Below are positions 1-13,891 of a DNA stretch of 64,000 bases, in pieces (position 1 is the first letter of the stretch; each line of letters starts with the position of its first letter). The stretch is from assembly GCA_008632985.1 (NCBI GenBank), contig QPGO01000204.1:1-64000 (forward strand), given 5' to 3'. The notes beneath the pieces were generated by a model. It saw only the letters and a list, made by a program, of their open reading frames with translations, did not search any database and was not told the DNA's origin. The position numbers and the translations under genes are program-made. This stretch comes from Psammoneis japonica. Its lineage: Eukaryota.

Positions 1-1325
1 GTTCGGTTGGCTTGGCAGCCACATTTTTGCAACGCACTTTTGCCATGTGGAAATGTGCAGCATGTGTGGCATGCAGTCAGCTGCCGTGCTTGTGTGCATG
101 TGCACTGCACAGAAAATTGCCAGCAGCTTTCCTCTCACATGGTTGAGCTGTCTCTTCTGGCCATGACTTCATGGCCGCTTGTCACAGATGGGTGCAACTG
201 CGCCACCTGACACATGGACTTGGCATTGACAACTTGTGGTTCAATCATGCTGACCCAGTGTGATGCTTGCAATGTTGAGAGCACACCACAACAAAAAACT
301 TGATGCTTTGGAGAAGGAGACATTGTGGTGTGCTGCTGGGAGTGGAGAGCTGTGTGGAGTCTGATGCGCTGATGTCACAAAACTGCCTTTTTGGCTCGTC
401 TGTGTGTTGAGTGGTCTTTTCATCTCCCCACCAGCTCACACTCAAAGGGTGTGGGAAAGCCAGGTTCATGGCAAGTCAATGCAGAATTGGCAGAGATCAT
501 TGTGCCATTGTGCAGACCAAGTGGAGCTGTTGGCAGATTGCTTCTGCACAGATTGCACACGTGTGAAAGTTTGGCAAGGTGCAAAGAAGGTTTGACAAAA
601 ACAAAGCCAGCTGAAGTTTGCCATTGTTGGCTGTTGACTTTCACTCTTTTCTTTTGACAATGCCAGGTTTGAGCAGATTGGAGGGAGGCCACTGTGCAGC
701 ACCTGCCGTGACACGTCAATTTTTTCTTGAAGGCAATGGGCAGCTGGCGCTGCACCACACGCGTGCGTTGCCAGCGCTGTTGTCTTTGAAGCAGCAAGAC
801 ATGTCCAATCTCTCAACTTGCAAAGAAAACTCTGGCAGAAGGTGCAGTGGCATGCAAGTGTGGCATTGCTGTTGACAGTGTGCTGGAGCAACATGTGACA
901 TGCGGAGCCTCGTTGCACATTGACAGACACCGTCTCCAACTCTTTTTGGGTGGAGATGGCAGTTTCATTTTTTTGTTTCACAACTGGCCATTGTGTGTTT
1001 TTTTAGATGTGTCATGGTGTTGTTCAGGTGCAGGTGAGTTGACTTTCAGTGTGCAGACAAAATCTTGAAGCTGATGCCGAGCAAACTGGCAAAACTGCTG
1101 CTGCTGGCGGCGGCGGCGGTGGTGGTGCTGCAAGCCTCTTGGCGGGGGGCACAGAACAAAGACACTGAGCAGGCAGCTGCTTCATCTGAGTTTCCAAAGG
1201 GGGGAGGGTCACTTGTGTCACCATCGGCAGGTTGCCCAACGCATTTACACATCGAGAACTGAATGTGACTCACCCGGACTCCGACGTTCGCTGGAGACGG
1301 GGGTTGTGCGTGTTGTGCATGTGCG
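1..1325. other. TpA-erased (TG/CA-rich) domain 1, unidentifiable decayed sequence
   Basis: By eye only ~2 TA dinucleotides in ~1320 bp (near 1004 and 1246). TG/CA are strongly enriched and CG is reduced. There is an abrupt switch to TA-rich sequence at ~1330. Confidence 0.85.
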
Positions 1326-1329
1326 GCAT

Positions 1330-1525
1330 GTAGGGCCCTAGCTAGAGAGTAGGTACGTACATTTACCGGCATGTGTGCAATCTCCATCTCAAGCACTGCC
1401 GGCAGTAGCTAGAGAGCAGCTACCAGAGCTAGAGCTAGAGTAGCTAGAGCAGTAGCTACGCTAGCTAGAGTAGCTACTACTAGCTAGCTAGTAGAGAGTA
1501 GAGTCTACATACGGTAGCTAGCTAG

Positions 1526-1567
<42 letters not shown>

Positions 1568-1620
1568 CAGCTCTACTCTAGAGTCTACCCCTCGCCCCTT
1601 AAGGTATGCAGCGCGGTCTG
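1330..1620. repeat. TAG/CTA/AGCT-rich low-complexity tract including an (AG)18 microsatellite at 1529-1564
   Basis: Built almost entirely from words such as TAG, CTA, AGCT and AGAG (e.g. tagctagagcagtagctacgctagctagagtagctactactagctagcta). Confidence 0.85.
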
Positions 1621-1767
1621 TGCCGAAGCAAGGGCAGCAGCATTGAAGCAGTAGCACTCCCCTTACAGTACCGGTGCCAATCTACAGCTAGCGCTAGAAA
1701 AAGGACTCCCGTAATTGAAAAAGGCAAAAGCGTAAAAATTTGGAATGATTATCATAGTCCGTCCACT

Positions 1768-4700
1768 TCAGAGTGATTGGTACTTTTGGTGATGCTGCGG
1801 GACGAACTGAGTTTGCTGGTACTTCGCGTTGCCAATGTCTGTTATGATAGAGCTAGCTGCAAAGCTATCATTTCGGTATCGACCGTCGTTTGCGGAGGCA
1901 GTTGTCTCGTTTTCATCTTTGGGTGAAAAGGAACTCACAATTGCTACCGGTACATCTCGATCGTGGTGATAACTCTTGTGTGACGAATCTTGCACATTGC
2001 CGCCAAAGAAGAACAATTCCTCACCCATGGCTATAGGGAGTGCACAAACAAGAAGAAAAGTAAGATTCATAAACGGTGGAAATCAGGCCAAAATAATGTA
2101 GCAGCATTGTCAAGCTTACGAAGGCGAGTTTGTCGAAAGCTGGCTGTAGAAAAGTAGCTTTCCTGACAACAGCTTTTTAGCCAACGGGGAGTTTCGCTCT
2201 TGAGGACCCTTGAAATATTTGGATAAAGCGTCCTAGCGATCGAAATGTAAGCGCGCTGGAGCTCACTTTGAATGGCAATCGCTGAATCCGTCTTATCAGG
2301 CCCATTTGCGCTTCCGCCTAGACTCATGTTGCTCATGGAAGGCTTGTCATCGTCATGATGGTTGTTTCCGTCGTACGAAGCAGTCATGCCATCATTGAAA
2401 GAAGAAGAACGCCCACTTCGAAAGGACTGGGCGAAGCCCCCGAAACGACGTCCGGCACTATCCGGTGAGGAAGTGGTAGCAGGACGTCCCTCTCGCGCCG
2501 CGAGTCCTCCAGAGCGAGATAAATTGCCGCCTACTGAAGAGCCTCCGTCTCGACGTTTACGAGCATCGACTACGGCCAAAAGCAAATTACGATTCCGTGC
2601 AATCAAAAGATGCAAAAGCTCAAGAAAAATTACAATTGCACGGGCGAGTTTCTTCTGAAGCATCTTCCATTCCTCTTGTCCAAGCTTTGTGTACGTCATT
2701 ATCATGGTTCCAGCGGCGGCGGCGTTCTCCCCATCCCCATCATAGTCGCAGCTCAACAAAGAGGTCGAGATTTCCTTCACGCGACTAGAATGGATGCAAT
2801 CCGCGACAACCTTTGCCGCCGCCGTTCCAATCCCCTGTTCAGATTGGTTGCCTCCTGATCAAGAAAGAAGATGTTAAGTGTGAAAACCCGACCATCTCAA
2901 AAGTGAACAGAATCCCAGATTGGCTCACCTAAGACAGCCAGTCCATTGGTAGCAACTCCTGTACGGAATAAAACAGCACACCAAGAAGAGACAGCATCTA
3001 TGCCAGCCTCGAGTGGACTCTGCGTGAAGACAGTTCGGTGTACCACTTTCTGTCTTGCTACACAAGCCGGGAAGGTCTGCTCGACCTGAAGCTGCGTCAC
3101 TCGGAGGCTTTTCTCAGCTGTGCTACCTGCTTGTGCTCTCAACCAGTCGCGTGTCGCACGATGGCGGTCCTTGTCAATTGGCTGCAGGAAAGAAAAAGCG
3201 TCTACGCCAATCATTTCACTACCCCCCATAACCGACATGTTCTTTTCGTAAAGCTCGTCTCGCAGTTTCGAAGCAACCTCGCTTCCCGTTGAACGGAATG
3301 ACCTTCCACCTGCAGACATACTACCAGATGTGAATACTGAAGTGTTGAATGACCTGGAGCGTGCGCGATGCCCCGGAGCCGAACTAGAAGTACTAGTGTG
3401 CCGAACATTCGTCGCCGATTCGCTTCGCGGAAACGGGTGGCGAACGGAACCTCCACTTCCAAAATGCTGAGTCGACGGAGGCGCCGAAGAACCGTCAAAT
3501 GACATGTCCGCATATCGACAAAACCACTCAGGCGTTCCCCGAATCGTGTTTGCCCCCTTCAAGAGTGGACGAAGGGGAGTGACCTTGATCCGGACGGGCT
3601 CAATTGGGCCACCTAACGGTCTCCTAGCTGACTTCTTTCGATGACTCGACTCTTCAGGTCTGCCGTCATCCAAGAAGATATCGATCGGCGTTGTTTCTGG
3701 CAATATACTACGGACGACTTCTTTCAGTTCCGACCCAAATTGTTCGAGTTTCACAGATCCTGATGTTCGATACACGAATTCTACGAATATAGAGGGAAGG
3801 AATAATAGATAAAAGATAAGAGGCACGAAACAGGCGAGAGCACGTTGGCTTCGATGTCTCCCCGAGATTATCTGTTCACGAGTGCCTTCTGATCGCACGC
3901 CGCGACACGAAAGCTCTATTACACATAGACGACAGCTCACCTGTTCCACTCAATTCGTCAGGCGCCCCACCGTGAAACCATACTCGATAAAATCGGCCCA
4001 AAGGAGACGATAGTTCCAACTGGTTGTTTGTATCGACTACTGGGATCTGAGAAGCTACTACAATAGCAAGTCGCTTGTACACATATGCCAGCTTCGCATA
4101 GTTGAAAGTTTCCGAATAAAACTGGGTTGCAAGGCTCCATGCATATCTGCTACTCTCAACAATCCCTGCCTTCAGGTACAAGTCGCCGGCGTCTCCGCCT
4201 CTTCTACCATTCCTTCTTCAACTTCTCTCAAAGAAATCCACGGAGTGACCGTTCGATACTCAGAGGGGAATGCCACACCATAGAACAGATTCTTATTGCC
4301 ACCAATCTCCCAATCTCTGTTCCATTTAAACGATTTTAAAAAGCATAAATATTTAGAAGGCGTTTGATCAAAATACACTGCGCTAGTCGAGTCTCTCAAG
4401 AAGGCTCATCCCTTCGTTTGTCTTACCCTGTCCTCATTCGAACACTGGACGCCACGCGATAAAAGATCCGTCTGAACGAATGTGAAATCTCATTTTGTTT
4501 CAGTGATTCCAAATTGAGCATGCCATAGTCGTCGGCAGACAGGTCCTCCATGAGGTCTTCCTCCGCGTCGTAGTAATCTCCAGCTTCACCAGCAGGTCCT
4601 TCGCCACCAATATGCGTGTCGCCATTAGTCCAGGGAAGAAATGGCACAGTTGACCAAAGGCTATCATGGAGTCGCGCTGCTTGCCTAAACGTCATGTGTA

Positions 4701-7700
4701 TATGATATCGACAAGTTGCTTCCTCGGCGAATTTTGCCCTAGATGCATGAAAGTCTGCGAGCCGCCGAAGCCACGCCACCCGATGAGATGGAAGTTCTGT
4801 CGGAGAAAACACATCTGCAGCGGCTAAGAACGCATCTTCCACTGCTTCATTGTGAGCAACGGTGTCACGATGTGTAGACGACGCATGTAGCCCAAGAAAC
4901 TGTTTGCTGAATCCTGCTGAGGCGGAGATAATCCGATGCACGCTTATTCGGCTCTTTTGAGAGAGAATGCTGTTAGCCTGATTCCGCGCGTCGCGGGGCC
5001 CGATTGCAAGGTACATTGGAGACAAGGGAGATCGCGCCCTCGTTAGAATCCCCAAAGCATGAGCAGCAATATACGCCTGAAACAACTTCTTCATCTTCTC
5101 CGCCAAGCGGATCAGTGCACTTCTGAAAGCGACGTTCTGACTTGCCGGCTGGTGATGAAGGCGATCGAGAGTTCGCCACAGAGGCGATACACACGCCTCC
5201 GCGCAGTCGTTGGAAAGGGACTGAATGACAGTTCCAGCTTTTCGTTGTTCTCGGTAAAATCTAAAAGCTGCAGTAGCCACAATTCGTTCCATTACCTCAG
5301 TCTGGACGGCAATCAAAGGCAATTTGATGCGGTAGAAACTCCCGTATGTGTCCCAAGTGAGTCGCAGTATCAAAGCAAGAAATTCGGAGGCTTGAATCCG
5401 GACTCCAGCTCTCCGCGCTCCGCAATGTAAAGACACGACTCTCATCCAGTGCTGCAGCGTTTCTCCAACAGCTTCAAGAAATATCTTTATCCCGAATATC
5501 TTCACTACCTCGACAGACGCATCGAGAGTCTTTGTAATAACAATGTCGCTTTGATTGAGCGCAAGACAATGGAGATAAAGAGATGTAACAGCCCGTACGA
5601 AAATCACAGTATCTGCAAGGGAGAATCGGAGAATAGAATTGTTGCTCTCGACCTCACATGGATTCTCGACCTGATCTTCGGCGCGTTGATGCGCGAATTG
5701 CCCGCTGCTTATGCTAGAGTTGGAGGGCTCTGCCGATGGCTGCAGCATAGCTAGCATTTCTCGCACGATCTGATGGGCTGTATTTATTATTACGACTGAC
5801 CCATCATGAGCATGCCATTTTCGGCTGCTCGAGGTAGAGAAAGCTGGGACGTTCTCGTCCTTCTTCTCTGATTCTCGGCCCATAATCAATGCAGAAACCT
5901 TTGGCACGGGCATGCTGTACCCGTCGTGCTCTTGTGCAGGAAGGAACTCTCGTGTCCAGACAGCTCGTTGGTCGTTGGCATCAGCATCATTCTCAGCTTC
6001 TACGTTGGCATCACAGCCTTCGTATTCAAACGTGCTCAAGCCAAGTTTAGAAGGCTACATTGGAGAAAAAGAAAAGTCATGCTGAATTATGAAAAAGAAA
6101 TGGAGGTACAACTCGACATCCGGAATTGCTCTCAAAACGTACCTAAACATGTCGAAAATGTCCGGATCATGTCCCTCTCGATCAGAATCAGTGCCATTGG
6201 TGAACGTGTCGTTCGATTGTGCGTCTTCCCCGGCAACAGAAGATACGTGGACACCGCCCATTCCACCGTACTTCTCATGTCCACCTTTCCCTCCAGCTTG
6301 AACGCAGAGCTTCCTCCACAACGCACGCAGAAGTCCCGCTGGTGCAAACTCAATGACGAAAACCATGCATGGGATTATGTCCATGCGTAGCTGGTGCTTC
6401 GGAGCGAAGCTCGACATGTAGCTGATATGACTGAGCATCTTGACGAGAAGCGGAATATACATGGTTGCCAACTCTGACGATGTTCCAGAAGCTTTTCCTT
6501 CCTGACTGAGCGACCAAAAAAGCTCATGAAGCAGAGAGGACGCGCGATGTCGAATAGATTGGTCGACGTGCTCTGTACCAGACAGACAGATGTCTCCTAC
6601 TAAGACGGCGAGCCACCAATGCTTCATCGCAGGAATTTCGATCGACGAATCCGATGTGGGAATTTCACTTGCAGCGAATCCGGGCAACGCAAATTGGTTG
6701 AATTGACTCAAAGTCTTGCTGAAGAAATCCCGAGTGGTATTTGCGGGTGCTGTGATTGGCCAACTAGCCCAGGAATTCAACTGAGGTGAGCATACTCTGA
6801 CAAAGTCGGGAAAGCGAACAAAGGCTGTAATAGCGTTCAACCGAAGCTTGCAGATTTCCCATGTGCTCTTCAATCCAACTTTCGAATCACGTTCCTTCCA
6901 ATTCTTTCCATTTTTGGTTACGAAGCGAGAAAAGTAAACCATTACCAGACGGTGGGCGCTTCGGGTGTCCAGATAGGCAAACATGTCACGCAAAAAGCGC
7001 ACGATCGAGTCGTTGACATGTACGCTGATTTGTCGAAATTCGAATGAATCAAAGTTTCGACAATCCAAGCATGCATCGGTTATCATGCATATAAGTTGTT
7101 CTAAGGCATTGAACAACGCGTCATCGAGGGTCGCAAGAAGGCTGGAGTACTGTGGATTTCCACCATTCTTCTCCAACCGCCGAAGGAGGGCTTGAAGCCT
7201 CCCTCCAAGACTCTTCTTAATTGTTTCAAAAAGGACGGGAGCGCACACAACCGATACACCCCTCGCCCGCGAGGCTGCAACCATAAGAGTGCGGTTGCTC
7301 GAGCCATCAGAAAGCGGTATCGATTCTATGGTCGTTCCACTCCCAACACTGCTACTGCCATTTTCAGCTTTCTTCCCGATTTTTTTCTGCTCCGAGAGCA
7401 AAGCGGTCCACTGAAAGATGATCACTTCATAAACGTACGGAAACCATCGACCCTTTCCTTTCTTCTGCCCCAATCTAACGAGTCGATCAACAAAACTAGG
7501 CAAGGGGACTGTGATTCGTTCTTCTTCTTCTAATGAGGACATGGAACAAGCGTCTGTACCAGTCTCGGGAAGGCCTTTCCCGGGAGAGTGCTTCATTCCG
7601 TCTGCTTTAGACATTTTTTCGATATTATCCGGCGACCTAGCCTTTACTTGAGCGCCGCCCACTGTGCCACTCCCTATCACCAATTCTTGTTGCTTCTCAA

Positions 7701-10700
7701 TCAAAGTATCAGCACTGGGGAGCGCCCAATCAATACTCGACCTACTTCGAGTCTTACGATGATGGGCATGGCCCACGCGCTTTTGTTCGTCATTTTCGTT
7801 TGATGGCAATGACCTGCGTTTCCAAGGCAAGATGAACATAGCAGCTGTGTTAATACTAAAACGCATTTGCAGCCAAAACGGGAATGCGCAAGCACTTACC
7901 CATAACCTAAATTCTTGCAAACCGTGTCAAGGAAAGCCGCGCTCGCAGCTTCAACTTCGTCATCGGTCGTTGGCAGTGACAGAAGAGACGCGTTCGGTTT
8001 CGCGTTGCTAGCGGTCTTTGGGTAGGTGTTCGAATCTACATTATCCACTCTTCTCTTCGGCACACGAAACTGCTTAGGCGCACGTTTCGTGTCGTGGAGG
8101 ACGAGCTCGGTGTCTAGAGAGTCACCTACACGGTCGTTTTTGCCTCCAAATGAATTTGTGTCGCCGCCCATGACGAGACTACCGCCAAGTTGTTTCTCGG
8201 CTGGGGATCTAGAGTCGAAGTCCTCCCGTATAGTTGCTAGCGAGCTTGAAGGTGCTGTCATCCATCTTCTCTTGCTATTGTCGGTGGTAGTACCACCGCC
8301 ATAAGCGTCTATCATTTCTAACGCCACCTGAGTACCGCTTGTTCTAGGAGCCCCTGATGGAGGCCTGTTTGAAACAAAACCGTCCTGGGAAGACATCGAC
8401 GCCGCTTTACTAAGTGCACTCTGGAAATCAGATTTAGAGTCAACTCTGATCCTGCTTTCTTCGTTGGACTGGCTGCCAGACACTTCAGGTCGATGAAGGG
8501 CAACGTGAGTGGTGGCATGCGTGGCGACAGATGATGGAAGCGTCATCGACTTCTGGCGTAAGGACGAATAATCGTCCGAGGCGTTCACGTTATCCAGATT
8601 GATGCTTGGAATTCTTGTTTCACGTTCGCCAAAGTGTGACGCATCTATGGAGTCCAGCGAAAGACTTTCCACTTTTGATTTCCCATCAATAGTGGATATC
8701 CACACATTTGGGGACCTTGTGTGCTTCTTGCGGCCAGCGCCAGACCTACTGGCATGCTTCTCGTGGACTTCAGAATTTATATTTTCACGGGATGTCACTC
8801 CTTCTTTCTTCTTTTCGCTGACGCGACTTGATGAAGGTGGCCACTCGTTTGGGTCAAAACATTCTTCGCCATAAATTTCATCAAACAACGAAAACATCGA
8901 ATTCTCGTCGAACAACATCGCGACGACTCTAGCCATGACTACAAGATTCCATTCACCTTTGCCATCCAGCTGGCTGACCCCGTTTGTTGTCATGAATTTT
9001 GAAACAGAGGTTATCATATGAAGGAGCGACACGAAAGAATGGAGCCTAAGCGGTGAGTGAGAAGCCGGATTTGCCCAAATGAGAGATGGCTTTCCAGATC
9101 CGGTCACCACTATTCTCCATAGTTGTGGCAGAGCACGCAAAAGAAGAGCCCTTCTATCACTTGCAGGGCAGACTGAAAGCCTAGATAACTGAACCACGGA
9201 AGGAAGAAGGTTTTCCTCCTTCTCATCTGTCGACCTTGAATCCATAAAATGAATGCGAAGTAGAAGTTCCTCACGGTGCATTCTCCATGGAGAGTACGAC
9301 GCGGATACCAGGTCTTCGGTCAAGGATGAAGGTGCACCCGGAGAAAGACGTAAGAAGCTGTTAAGAGCCGGGTTCTGAGGATGCACAGTCGAGTGTATAA
9401 CAATCCGAACCTGATGAATAAGCACGCGAAATGGGAAGTGTCATTTGGTTCATTACAACGGAGGCTGTCTTTATTGCAACTTTCACCCCTACAACGGAAA
9501 GCTTACCTGAAGTGTCATGTCCTCAAGATCCGACTTGGAGGATTGACTAACTGCCTTAGCAGAGGTCAATCGCGGTGACATTCTTTCTGTGGCTGCGAAA
9601 GAATCTGTGTTTCGCGGCATGGAATCGATTCCCGTGGTTTCTGAAATAATACTATCAGAAACCGAGGATGAGTCGTCGACACCATCCGCCGCATTTCCAT
9701 TTGCCACGTCCGGAGTGCCATAGCTCGAAACCGTTTGGCCGGTAGAAGACATATCTGCACATTCCCCCGCTGCTTGTCTCATGCGGTTCAATAAAAGAGT
9801 ATTTGGCGGCAGCCCGTCAGAGTCATTCGGCAACTTGGCCGTGTACGACAGAGTTACGTCATGAAGACCATTTTCAATGAGGCACAACGCATCCATTTCT
9901 GAGGAAAGCGGAAGGAACCCACACCCCAGAAGCTCAAATCCAGAACCTGTACAATCTTCGTCATCCTCATCATTGCCGACTACTCCTATCCTAGAAGAAA
10001 CCCCTCCAGTTCTTGATCTTCGTCTCCACTTCTTCCTGCTTCGAAGTCTTATGTTGTAGACCGAGAACAGTAGACAGAGACCTCCAGCGTTCTCACCTCC
10101 CCCGATGACCTTTTCTTGTAATACTAAAGGCAACTTCACCTTGAACTCGTCCATGAATTTTGGGTTGTATGTTTTATAAGCGCAGCATGAAAAGGCTTCG
10201 CGAACAAGAAATGGACCACGGCGGGAATTGTGTATACAGGGACCGCAGGGTGCCGGAAAAGCTAGGAAAGCTCCGCGCTCAGCGTTCCATTCAAGACTGC
10301 GCACTTCCACCTTGATGGTTACATTCTTTCCAGCGCAATTGCGAATCAGACGCAGCTGACAGAGCATCTCGTTGCAAAACGACGTCCATAACGACGGTTC
10401 GTGGTCGCCATTATTTACGTCGACGAGACCATTTTGTTGTACTCTTACCTGAGAAGGTAACTGCATTGGACGATTCACTGCTGGAGCTAGCAGCAGTGGT
10501 ACGACAGCAAGCTCCTGAGCATAGAGAGGTGACTGAGAATCCCCGATACATTCATCGTCTGAGTCTGAGTCTAGGCTCTCATCCTTGACATCGGTCTTTT
10601 CGAATTTGGTGCTTCTTCCGCCATATCTTGTTGGCTCGGCGACAAACTGAGGGCGCCAAGGGGGGACAACGGAGCCAGCAGATGCCTTTTCAATCGAACT

Positions 10701-13700
10701 GTCGGGGACGTTAGATGCACTATCACTTGCCGCAGCCCTCCGGACCTGGAGTTCACCGGTGAAGTCAACAAGCCGGGCGCGAGCGAGTGAACTCTTGCTA
10801 TGAATCGCTGAGTGCAGTCCTAAATAGCCGAAATTTCGAATTATAAGCATTGATTTGCCACCTGTCAGCTCGCACACGCTCGCGCTATCATGGTCGGCTC
10901 TACGGACGCGCAGGAAGAAAATAATAGATGAGTAGCTCTGATACATGGACGAAAATAGGAAAACAATGTGCCTTACCGAGGGTACAACATGACCATCACG
11001 TGGTCGATAATCGGGCGCTCTCCAAGGCCAGCCACCAACCGAAATAGGGGAATCTGCACGCCTCGACTTCCGGGAACAGTAGGTACATCTGTACCAATGA
11101 CTTGCAACAGAGGTGCGACACCGAACGCAAAGGGCATCAACACCTGTCCGTGACGATTTGACATTCGCTCGATCTTCAGTGACAAGCGCTCGTAATCTGG
11201 ATTTCGTTGCCTTAGTCCCGGTATCCTGCTATCCTTTCCGTTCATGTACACTCCGATGTCGGCCACGTCCGAGAAAACTTTATGAACAATAAGAATAGCG
11301 TACAAGTTCGAAACACTGAGATTCGAAGGAATAGGGAAAACTCCACAACGGGTGCCAATCGTATTCTCTGACTCGGGCATTTGGCTGTGGTTTATGTTCT
11401 GTCCCGTCTTCCCCTCCTTTGTGTATGGCCACAGCGCAGCAGCACAGCGAGCTTCTACTTCTTCGTCTTCAACCACATCAAAGCTGAGAAGTTCCGTCAC
11501 TCTGCCACAACGTTGCAAGTTGGGAACGGGAGCAGCTCTTGGGTTACTGCCACTTGTAGGCATAGTCTCCACATGATAGACAGCGAGCGTACAAAAGAGC
11601 GGTTCCATCGTTTTGCCGACATTTGGAAATCTCACAGCGTTTGCATCAATCTGAACATAGCGATAGCTAGGAGGTCGATCCGACAAAAAGGGCAATGCTT
11701 CTGCCGTTGCTGTAGCGGCATGCAAGCGAGATAAAGGCAGATTTTCCTCGCGGAGCTCGGAAGGAGATGGAGAAAGACGAGTGTCTGGGTGGATATTGAA
11801 GGATGAATGATCAGCAGGAGGAAGCTGAAGTGGAAATCTCTCGCCTTTTCTGATAGTGCTTTGTGGTGACATCTGGTCGACTTGTTGGGAGTCGAGTTCG
11901 GTCATACAAGGCGTAATACCGTCGTTCAAGACGTTCCACCAGCCAAACCGTGTGTTGTCATCAAACAGTGGTTTCGGGTTCTGCCCACTGGTCTTTCGCG
12001 ATGATGCTTTTGAATCGCCAGGAGAATCCCCTGTGGCAATCGAACCTTGAGATTTGGTCCTTTTCTTTTTGGCGGGTTTGGGTGTGGAACGTTTCCCTTT
12101 CTCCGTCAAGGGTGTCTGTAACTCCACTGAATCCTTGCGCTGCGGCGACTTTGGATTGCCAAAAGCCCCGTTTCCTTGGTGACCCCCTATCAAACGGCGG
12201 CGAATCGGAGCCGTACGCGAGTTCCAGCTTTGGAGGTCGTCAGGGCTCAGTGCAGGATTGGGACATGCAATGGCCCCAAAGATATTAGGCACGGCATGCT
12301 TGGCAATAATATCCTGCGATTTCTTTCGTTCTGCGCTTCTTAGTTGATCCTCTTTGATTTCAAAAATTCCCAGGTCAGCTTCGACAGGTAGCGGCGAATC
12401 GTCACAAGCATAAAGGGGAACACGACCGTTGGTCAATTCCATATTAGAAAACGGGCGCCCCCCAGGAGTTGTCGGACTGAGTTGAGAGAGAATTGAGTGG
12501 GACTCTTCTTCTGTAATGCTCCCCCCTGGAGCATCACTTGTAACTCCTGATGGCCCGGAGTCTGAAAGAGACGCCAACGCAGCGTTCAGGTTGTCGTTAA
12601 TGCCAACTTGCTTCTTGAGTTCATCGTCCACAACTGATGAATCGTCTTCGTCATTCGCGTCATGAACAATCAGTGTGTGAGACGCGCCGCCAAAACTTCT
12701 CTCCGGAAAGCCGGAGGCTGGAGCATCCGAAGCTACTGGTACGAACGATCCACCTGCGGCAACCTTGTCCATCAGGTCATCATCTTCACCCCGAGCTAAT
12801 TGCGAAAACAAGTTCTTTTCAAAATTGGCGGTCGCAAAAGGCTTGTTGTCCATGTCTTCGCGAGCAACGTCCACTTCATCCGGGGAGTCTTCTTGTTTAG
12901 GAGCCACCATCGTAGGTGACTGTTCTCCAGGCATTCCTTCTCCTCTCGCCAGCATTCCGAAGAAGTTCTGCTCGTGTGTCTTGTCGTTCTCACTTCTGTG
13001 TTTCGATCGGTTTGAAATGGCTGGAGTCTTGGCCTCGTATCTATCGAAGCTGCCTTGAGCTTCATCTGACGTGGCTTGTCCTGCGGTTGTGGCCGGTGAT
13101 CCAAACTCCACGGTGGTTTCTCCGGCGGCATATCCACCTCTGGTATGCGAATCTGGTTGTTCCGCTCGATTTCGCAATTTCTGACGGGCCCGACGTTCAG
13201 CGCGAGCATCATCGCCCCACACTGGATGATAGGATGAAATGTAAGGATTCCCCCGCCAGTATTCGTCCGAGTTCTCATCGTCTGGATAAGTTCCAGGAAA
13301 CACCGATTGCCCAAATCCAAATGCTTCAATGGTACCAACGATATTTCTTAGTTCGGGTGGTAAACAATCCAGTGTCATGTTTACGGCATCAATTCCCTTG
13401 TCCTCCACAACTTTCGTCACAGCCTTGCGGGTCTCTCGCAACACTCGTGGTGGAATGACCGGACCAAAAAACAGTGGCCGAGGCATAAGAACCTCTTCTA
13501 TTTGCATAGGCGATGGCTTCGGCTTTGGCCCCACCACATTAAATACGTCGGGGCAAAAGGTGGCACTCTCTTCTTTCGTCAAAACAGACCGTGGTTTGTC
13601 TCCCGTAAGCGCCGCCGCGGCAGCTTCCAAATTGGAACTAGCTGCATCCGCGTGCGCATCTGTTGATTTAGACATGGCAAAAGTTCCTGTGTTCTCTACC

Positions 13701-13891
13701 GCTGCTGCTGCATCCGCAAACATGGCGGCTGACGAATCGCTTGCTTGCTGTTGCTGCAGCTGACGGGACTGGGAGGAAGTTCTCGTGCTTGTATCTACAA
13801 AACTCCCGCCGCTGGCCATAGCAGCAAACAGATTCATCTCACGCTGTCGCCGCGCGGCATCGTCTTCTTCGCCTGAAGGAGTGCCCGGCAT
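1768..13891 (-). CDS. Very large multi-exon DOCK-family (dedicator of cytokinesis) Rho-GEF
   Basis: Collinear minus-strand ORFs (972, 485, 509, 621, 538, 350, 237 aa and shorter) are separated by short GT-AG introns. A DHR-1/C2-like motif (NPKFMDEFKVKLPL, LLFSVYNI, LGCGFLPL) and DHR-2-like motifs (RVAWLRRLADFH..FAEEA, LGRFYRVWFHG, EFVYR) are present. TA and Tyr content are normal. Not every exon boundary was resolved. Confidence 0.82.

Noticed and set aside
1..1325. Classical fungal RIP or CpG decay alone as the cause of the TG/CA richness
   Set aside because: RIP creates TA rather than removing it. CpG decay cannot convert Tyr codons to Cys/His or explain TA loss in the CG-rich copia element.
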